The notes under the pieces are model-generated. The model saw only the letters and a program-made list of their open reading frames with translations. It was not told where the DNA came from and did not search any database. From a virus (lineage: Duplodnaviria; Caudoviricetes), in IMG/VR virus record IMGVR_UViG_3300020352_000805, positions 2,616 through 66,615 of that record: DNA of 64,000 bases. One strand, given 5' to 3'. This document shows, piece after piece, positions 58,901-64,000 of the stretch. Both the position numbers and the translations under genes were made by a program. Each line of letters starts with the position of its first letter. Position 1 is the stretch's first letter.

Positions 58901-60629
58901 TAACAATACCGATAATGCATTGAATTATTCTATAATTGAAAACAAGAAATATAAAACTATAACTATGATTATAGAAGCTCAGTTGCAAGATTATTACTTG
59001 AACTATGATAATTCAGGAGCAACCGGAGCAACGGCTTTACATTTAGATAGAAGTTCATTATATGTTTTAGAAGATAAATTTGATAGTACAGGAAATTATG
59101 ATGATGTTGAATTAAGTGGTTCAATATCTCCGTTTATAGAAGATGGAAGTATTAATATTGCTAATTTTACAAATGATGGTACTTTTTATACAATAAATGG
59201 TACTCAAAATACTGCAAATAATTCTATACCTAATTTCATAAATCAAATTGTACCGACTACAAACGGTAAATACGAAAAAATATTAATAGTAGTTCCTGGA
59301 GGAACATTAGAAATAGATGAAATAGGTTCTGTAACTAAAAATACAATAAAAGCTAAAGAATTTAATTTTATAACAGGAACGGGTTCTACACCGATACCAA
59401 ATATACATGATTCTACTTTACCTTTTCCAAATCAATGTTTGGATAAAATACCTATATATCAAAAAGGTGGGTATAATGCATATAAAGGTTTAATAAATGA
59501 TATAAGTTTTGCAACTATATTTGACAAGGTTAATTCAGGAAGTCCTGATATTAATTATATTACGGTAGATGAAGTAGGTGGAACGGCAATAGGTGCTACA
59601 AATACATTCCTAATAGAATTCGAAGATTATTCTACGAATGTAAAAGCTGATTACATAACCACTGAACCGATTATATTTAACGGGTTAGCAAATACTAATT
59701 TTGAACCAATAGGTTCTAAAACAATAGGTTTGAATAGTACTTATTTTTCAACTATGTTTAGATTCAATGGAAACTACAATCCAAAGGTTAATGATGTAAT
59801 ATACTTTAGTGAAGATTTTGATACAAAATTTACAGATGCAATAAGAAAACAATTAAGGTTTACTAATACAAATTTCTTTAGTACTTATCCAGGTTTTGGA
59901 TTGTATAAACAATTATACATAAATAAAATTAACGAACAAAACCCTTTAACTATATTAGATTTAAACAAAGAAAGTGCGTTAAGACCGGAGTTTTGGAAAG
60001 TAGGAGAAATTTCTATTGATAAACAAGATTCTTATATTTTTAGAAGTTGTTGGGACCATAATTTTCATAAAAGATACGAAAGTAAAACCGATTTTACAAG
60101 TTTTCCGGGATATATTGAACCTAAAGAAGTAGGAAGTTTTTTAGCATCTACAATTATGAATATACCTGATGATGTAAAAATTGAAAAGTACGGTTCTTCA
60201 AATATTGTTATTGATACAAATTCTAACAATGTTATTTCAGGTCAAATAAAAAATACACAAGAATTGATTGATAAAATTAATCCAAGTTTAAAACCATTAT
60301 TTGATAAGTATGTAAATAGTTCTTATAACTTTCAAAAACTAGATACCTTAGATGATGATATCGAAAGATACATAAAAACAAATATTTTACCTAGATATTT
60401 TTCAAGGGAAATATATGCCTATGTAAAGTATAGTTCTAAATTATCAAATGAACCAGTTTTAGAAACAAGTAAAACCGAACAAGAATTAATATTAGATGGA
60501 TTTATTAGATTGGAAAACATAAGTTTTGTTCAACAAAAATTTAATGATTTTGATTTCAACTTTACTTATAATAAACCAAGTGATAAAAATGTAACTCTCG
60601 CTTTCATTACTAAAGTAACTACGGTTTAG
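55962..60629 (+). CDS. Very large virion structural protein (baseplate-associated)
   Basis: 1555 aa; N-terminal SYSLLKTNPKLTGNIK; position among structural genes. Confidence 0.55.
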   Translation: MAKVFTNKTSYSLLKTNPKLTGNIKMVVDSKGDIFIETIDASPELTRNKYKKVKLDLENSWSSSIYNFFNKGSIPKTLLYALKDVEDFYSIKTDFSKQYYTDYQQGIKPKISKLYDEQISYFAPIWLEPNDIPEHFAIFKIPEPVSVSTKNEENSFNADIEKQIYDANYFDTFSGATASDYFFNTVLSKAKLHKVFDLGADSTLGKYLRNHINDVEMPESSLTIDWNINSNSTVNGISLEKSGFTKEAMDMFSEAFPVDRTVTEFDNYITNQFQNKGVVHPNIINLEFLFDDEEDADFTVNRYFGIYFNKNDISKFNLDSKAFYDKKYDNIKQNKDIESVSSVDVLSDSNIVLENKDGIKLFVDYGTEYNVPSSDIKGSNFLPYVYSTDRKFYDLENNLDWQSNELILKDTIINTRDFKGFTKDSVGIIPSTKTNKSGRSYFEFKITGTTNSFELRIKDVDEYKTDFNLNQVFVGNTGLTRGTFDGNQFSLQGTPDEVANAIVSAINSYSQIDEDFNINAIAKFDKVVVFTRGINEYWNKYKYLIYSDDINFPNTIDVPYKTFDNLVDFNTKRGTGFSFLDYNSVVAGATSMFISSDFSILESNLTNGNNESKNKIRIPIEFTSYFNTSLFLKTQTWYSKIVSIDAYLDEPVYENGRIVDFTNFDSYKTINCTGDVWVSPGAYSELYEIETNKVGLMSMYPIKQFDYDQFRSEYGKDGDGYIEKLDKQYWQKGGTSTNTSGNPIYPDANNIQFSIKNFRDTGFKRLTGKIDEVTGDIPTITNEYDRLSENGLPELSIKGRIIPYINKWVYDDDGKDVRENNYRMTSNSAFSYDNFSPSSKNVLPDFRFFTHEWYYLQKYPYYLTTKEKIESFSYFENAIEKGSYAIGATNNLGVKDITEDKFLEYFTEYKVGNYYFPAKRKYSIISGGNEDSFGETFFRGTKIKFKRRVESDTPLNSNIENIGVFKSDEFNGYKFSAILTNNTDNALNYSIIENKKYKTITMIIEAQLQDYYLNYDNSGATGATALHLDRSSLYVLEDKFDSTGNYDDVELSGSISPFIEDGSINIANFTNDGTFYTINGTQNTANNSIPNFINQIVPTTNGKYEKILIVVPGGTLEIDEIGSVTKNTIKAKEFNFITGTGSTPIPNIHDSTLPFPNQCLDKIPIYQKGGYNAYKGLINDISFATIFDKVNSGSPDINYITVDEVGGTAIGATNTFLIEFEDYSTNVKADYITTEPIIFNGLANTNFEPIGSKTIGLNSTYFSTMFRFNGNYNPKVNDVIYFSEDFDTKFTDAIRKQLRFTNTNFFSTYPGFGLYKQLYINKINEQNPLTILDLNKESALRPEFWKVGEISIDKQDSYIFRSCWDHNFHKRYESKTDFTSFPGYIEPKEVGSFLASTIMNIPDDVKIEKYGSSNIVIDTNSNNVISGQIKNTQELIDKINPSLKPLFDKYVNSSYNFQKLDTLDDDIERYIKTNILPRYFSREIYAYVKYSSKLSNEPVLETSKTEQELILDGFIRLENISFVQQKFNDFDFNFTYNKPSDKNVTLAFITKVTTV

Positions 60630-60686
60630 TTATTGATTAAATATTCTAAGTTCGGATATTATATCCTTTAAAATAAAGTTGATTGC

Positions 60687-63600
60687 ATGGCAAATATACA
60701 CATAAAAGAATTATTCGGTTCTGATAACATCACAGATTTAACAGAAAAAGTTAATTTTAATTTTGACCAATTAATATTGGCCGGAGGTGGACCCGAAGGT
60801 CCGATTGGACCAACGGGAAATAATGGAGTTTCTGGACCTGAAGGAGTAAGAGGTTCGCAATGGGTAGCCGGAAGTGGGGCAACTACGATTAATTTACCAA
60901 CAGACGGAGTTTATAGAAAAAATGACTTTTTATTGAATGATGGTGGTAGTTTTGTCGGTGGTGCAACTGGTCAAGTATGGTACTACGGAGCAACCCAATG
61001 GTTTGATACCGGAATTAACTTAATAGGACCACAAGGACCACAAGGTGATGTTGGTGATGGTTCTATTAATATATTAGGTGGATATTTACAACAAGTAACA
61101 AATATAGATTCACCATTTAATGCATTTGTACCTAATTTTGGTTCTACAAATCCAACACCTACCGGTGACACTTATACACTTGGTACATATTTATCACAAA
61201 CGTTTTCTAAAGACAAAGATGACTATTCTACTAATGGAAATTTTATAAACGCTGGATTAGATTTTATAGGAATAGGAAGGGGAAATAATTCACTTGTTTT
61301 AGGTAGATATGCAACACTTTTTCAATCAGGTTCTGCTGGAGCAACATATTCACCACCTGGAAGTAATAAAGTAATGAAGAATTTTCCTCAACTAGAGGCT
61401 GATGTTCCTATGCTTTTAATTTCTCAAAATGATTACAAAAATCCTTCAACTGGTTCCCCAACTTATTCTAATGGAATTTCAATAGGTTTAACAAAAACAC
61501 ATCCAGATGCTTCTTATGGTTCTGGAGACCCATATAGTGGTCAAGAAATGGATTATTTTAAAAATGCAAACATAAGTATAGAAAATAAATATCACGATTT
61601 AAAAATTAGTTCATCTAATTTACTTTCTCTACAATCTGTTTCTGGTGCTGGTGGATTTTTTAGATTAGGTTCATCTACGGTTAGAACCGGTTATAATAGT
61701 GTTGATTTTCGTTCTACTAAATTACAAACGGTTGCATATACTAATTTCAAAATTAGTGATAGTTTTTTTATAGATTTATCGGATTCTACTGGAAGTGTTA
61801 GTACTAATGAATTAATACATAATGCCCAATCTACTTTCTTTCAAAATTCTAAATTTTACGTATCGGATGCGTCTACTACCGATAACGATACTCGACAAGA
61901 AACTGCAAAAACTTTTATCGGAACAAGAAATGATACTAGTGGAAAAATAGGTGCTAACGAATTAGTGTTTTTTAATGGTGATTCGCTTACAACCGATGCT
62001 GATGATAAAACCATTTCCAAAACACTTGACCCAACTACATCTGGGTCTACACCTTCCGATTTTAATACACGTTCTATATTCGATTCAGATAATAAAAATT
62101 TTGTATTTAGAATCGGTCAAACTACTGTACAACCGGGATATATGGAAGGTGGTACTACTGGTGAACCTATTTTAAAAAGTGGATATAGTAATAAAATAAA
62201 TATAACTTATCAAGGTCAAGGATATGATACGCCTTTTATACAATATTCTGGTATAGATATATTTAACACATATAACAATTCTATAAATAGTGGCACATAT
62301 GACCATTATTCTCCATATGCGACTATTCCTAATAATTCTACTTTATCACAAGCATTAGGTTACGATATAAGAGAACCGTTGCAATGGAATAATACTAATA
62401 ATAAAGAAGGTTCAATATCAATGACTAGAATGGGTATTTATCCAGGATTTTTTAGAAAAGATAAATCAAGTAATACCTATATCGGTGATTCTAATGCAAG
62501 ACAAAAGAAATTCTTTGATGTTGCGCATAGAATGATGCCAACTGGTTCATTGGATGTTTTCGGAACAGTAAGAATAAGAGAACAAGAAACAACAGATAAT
62601 GGTGCAAAAGATGGATGGATTGCTGTAAACAAAAAAGATGGTATTATAGGATTCCAAGAACCATCACAAGCAAGTTCAACACCTACATTTTCTATTATTA
62701 TGTTTCCAGAAATGGCATCAAATAAATTTAGTTTCTATATAGAATCAAGTAAACAATTTGGAGCATCTTCTGCACAAGTTGGAGACGGAAAAGCATATAA
62801 CTATGTACCACCAATAGGAGGTACATCAAGACCACCTTTTGCAGCATTTCCAGGAAAAGGTTCTGATGAATTAAAAGATTACTATATTTGTAATGGTGCT
62901 GTACTTGCCGATTCTAGAGATTGTATTGCAACAGGACCATTTTCAAAGATGAAAGGAATGAATGTTTCTGCTGATAATGGAAATAGTAAAGTTCAAAATG
63001 GAACATTGGTATCATCAGGAACACCTAGTGATTATGATTATGAACCTAATCCAGATTTTATAGGAATTAATGGTGCAACACATGGTTCGTCTCCACAAAT
63101 ACCAGCAAGTGCTGGAAACTGGACTGATTATGTATGTGATTTTTTTAATGGTATGGGTTCTATGAGCAATTCATTAGGTTCTTGGGGTTGTAGTGTTTTA
63201 GCTGGTGAACTTGCGGATTCAAAATTTAGAATTATTTTACCTAATTATTTTGGTAGAGTTGCAAAAATGCAATTCCCAGATTCTGATTTGATGGTAAGGG
63301 CAATTTCGGGTCATAAATTAGATAAAAATCAACATTTACAAGGTGCATATACTGCTTCTGGTTATCCAAATGGAGAAGAAAGAGATAGTGGATATATTTA
63401 TCATAAAGCAAATGGAAAATATAATGCTTCTTGGATGATGAAAGGAATGTTTGATTCGGCTGGATTTCCTTATCTAAGTGGTTCACAAACCCCTAAGATG
63501 GCAATGCCTAAACATAGACACAAATCTGGTGCTTTGATTACTGATTCACATGTTCAAGGAGACCATAATCACTCAGTATCTATTGATACTAATGATGATT

Positions 63601-64000
63601 CTAATGGAGGTTCTAATACTTCTGAAGGTGCAACTACCTCGCAAGGTTCTTTTAATTCCGGACAAGCTGGTGGATTTACACATTCTCACGTTGTTACCGG
63701 TACTACTGACTATACTGGAGATTTTGCTATATCTAGTAATCCGAATCCTGACAATGACTATGATATAGAACATTATTATGTTACAGGAACTGGATTTAGT
63801 AATAATCAATTTCTCGTAGTAGGACATTTCGGATATGATATTTTCGGTAATGATGGATTTAATGTTAGTCCATCAATTCAATATTCTAATTTTAGTAACT
63901 GGCTAAATTACAAGAAAAGTGAACTTGTAGATAGTGATGAACAAGCAAAGGCTGATTCATCAGGACAAAAATTTATTACAGCACCATTTAAAGGTACTAT
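60687..64000 (+). CDS. Tail fibre/baseplate fibre protein, over 1100 aa, runs off the window (absent from the ORF track)
   Basis: ATG 60687 MANIHIKELFGSDNITDLTEKVNFNF; short collagen tracts; collar-like YYICNG...LPNYFGR and MPKHRH; frame spot-checked open through ...SGQKFITAPFKGT at the end. Confidence 0.75.
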   Translation, partial: MANIHIKELFGSDNITDLTEKVNFNFDQLILAGGGPEGPIGPTGNNGVSGPEGVRGSQWVAGSGATTINLPTDGVYRKNDFLLNDGGSFVGGATGQVWYYGATQWFDTGINLIGPQGPQGDVGDGSINILGGYLQQVTNIDSPFNAFVPNFGSTNPTPTGDTYTLGTYLSQTFSKDKDDYSTNGNFINAGLDFIGIGRGNNSLVLGRYATLFQSGSAGATYSPPGSNKVMKNFPQLEADVPMLLISQNDYKNPSTGSPTYSNGISIGLTKTHPDASYGSGDPYSGQEMDYFKNANISIENKYHDLKISSSNLLSLQSVSGAGGFFRLGSSTVRTGYNSVDFRSTKLQTVAYTNFKISDSFFIDLSDSTGSVSTNELIHNAQSTFFQNSKFYVSDASTTDNDTRQETAKTFIGTRNDTSGKIGANELVFFNGDSLTTDADDKTISKTLDPTTSGSTPSDFNTRSIFDSDNKNFVFRIGQTTVQPGYMEGGTTGEPILKSGYSNKINITYQGQGYDTPFIQYSGIDIFNTYNNSINSGTYDHYSPYATIPNNSTLSQALGYDIREPLQWNNTNNKEGSISMTRMGIYPGFFRKDKSSNTYIGDSNARQKKFFDVAHRMMPTGSLDVFGTVRIREQETTDNGAKDGWIAVNKKDGIIGFQEPSQASSTPTFSIIMFPEMASNKFSFYIESSKQFGASSAQVGDGKAYNYVPPIGGTSRPPFAAFPGKGSDELKDYYICNGAVLADSRDCIATGPFSKMKGMNVSADNGNSKVQNGTLVSSGTPSDYDYEPNPDFIGINGATHGSSPQIPASAGNWTDYVCDFFNGMGSMSNSLGSWGCSVLAGELADSKFRIILPNYFGRVAKMQFPDSDLMVRAISGHKLDKNQHLQGAYTASGYPNGEERDSGYIYHKANGKYNASWMMKGMFDSAGFPYLSGSQTPKMAMPKHRHKSGALITDSHVQGDHNHSVSIDTNDDSNGGSNTSEGATTSQGSFNSGQAGGFTHSHVVTGTTDYTGDFAISSNPNPDNDYDIEHYYVTGTGFSNNQFLVVGHFGYDIFGNDGFNVSPSIQYSNFSNWLNYKKSELVDSDEQAKADSSGQKFITAPFKGT

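Noticed and set aside
730-63827. Many short antisense or alternative-frame ORFs in the track (e.g. 730-1059, 2521-2802, 22001-22333, 33872-34261, 38730-39020, 48129-48506, 63241-63827)
   Set aside because: They lie entirely within longer, motif-bearing genes, have biased low-complexity composition and no start context; shadow ORFs
1-64000. Stop-codon recoding (alternative genetic code) as in some huge phages
   Set aside because: Conserved genes (terL, nrdA, nrdB, gp6) are full length in code 11, and TAA, TAG and TGA all end genes at tight junctions
1-64000. tRNA, rRNA, integrase or transposase
   Set aside because: No cloverleaf with a T-loop motif or mobile-element enzyme motif recognised; intergenic gaps are mostly too short. 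A tRNAscan-SE run would be decisive

Overview
This 64 kb window is a gene-dense, visibly AT-rich segment of a large T4-like (myovirus-type, probably jumbo) bacteriophage genome in the standard genetic code. Nearly all genes are on the + strand; the large terminase is the one convincing minus-strand gene. A Bacteroidota host is suggested by A-rich start regions without Shine-Dalgarno sequences and by the promoter geometry, but this is inference. The left third (1-21 kb) mixes early accessory genes, packaging genes (gp16-like, gp17), an exonuclease, split nrdA/nrdB, a HutG-like amidohydrolase and two glycosyltransferases. The right two thirds hold tail fibre/receptor-binding, neck and baseplate genes (gp53, gp5, gp13, gp25, gp6, gp7-like), with an S1 protein, an amidoligase and a 2OG-Fe(II) oxygenase interspersed. 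Two cross-cutting patterns stand out. (1) At least 14 otherwise unrelated proteins start with an MKx(L/F/Y)xE(F/Y)LxE-type peptide resembling the T4 capsid-targeting/prohead-protease signal; they include ParB-like, PD-(D/E)xK nuclease, two GNAT, ADP-ribosyltransferase-like and 2H-phosphoesterase domains, suggesting a large packaged and injected effector set. (2) The tripeptide G-A-T recurs far outside the collagen tracts in many virion proteins but almost never in non-virion proteins, and two glycosyltransferase genes lie just upstream of the Thr-rich collagen fibre, suggesting a phage-specific virion modification (glycosylation) sequon. No tRNA, rRNA, CRISPR array, integrase or transposase was seen. 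All homology calls are from motif recognition by eye, and counts were made by hand.
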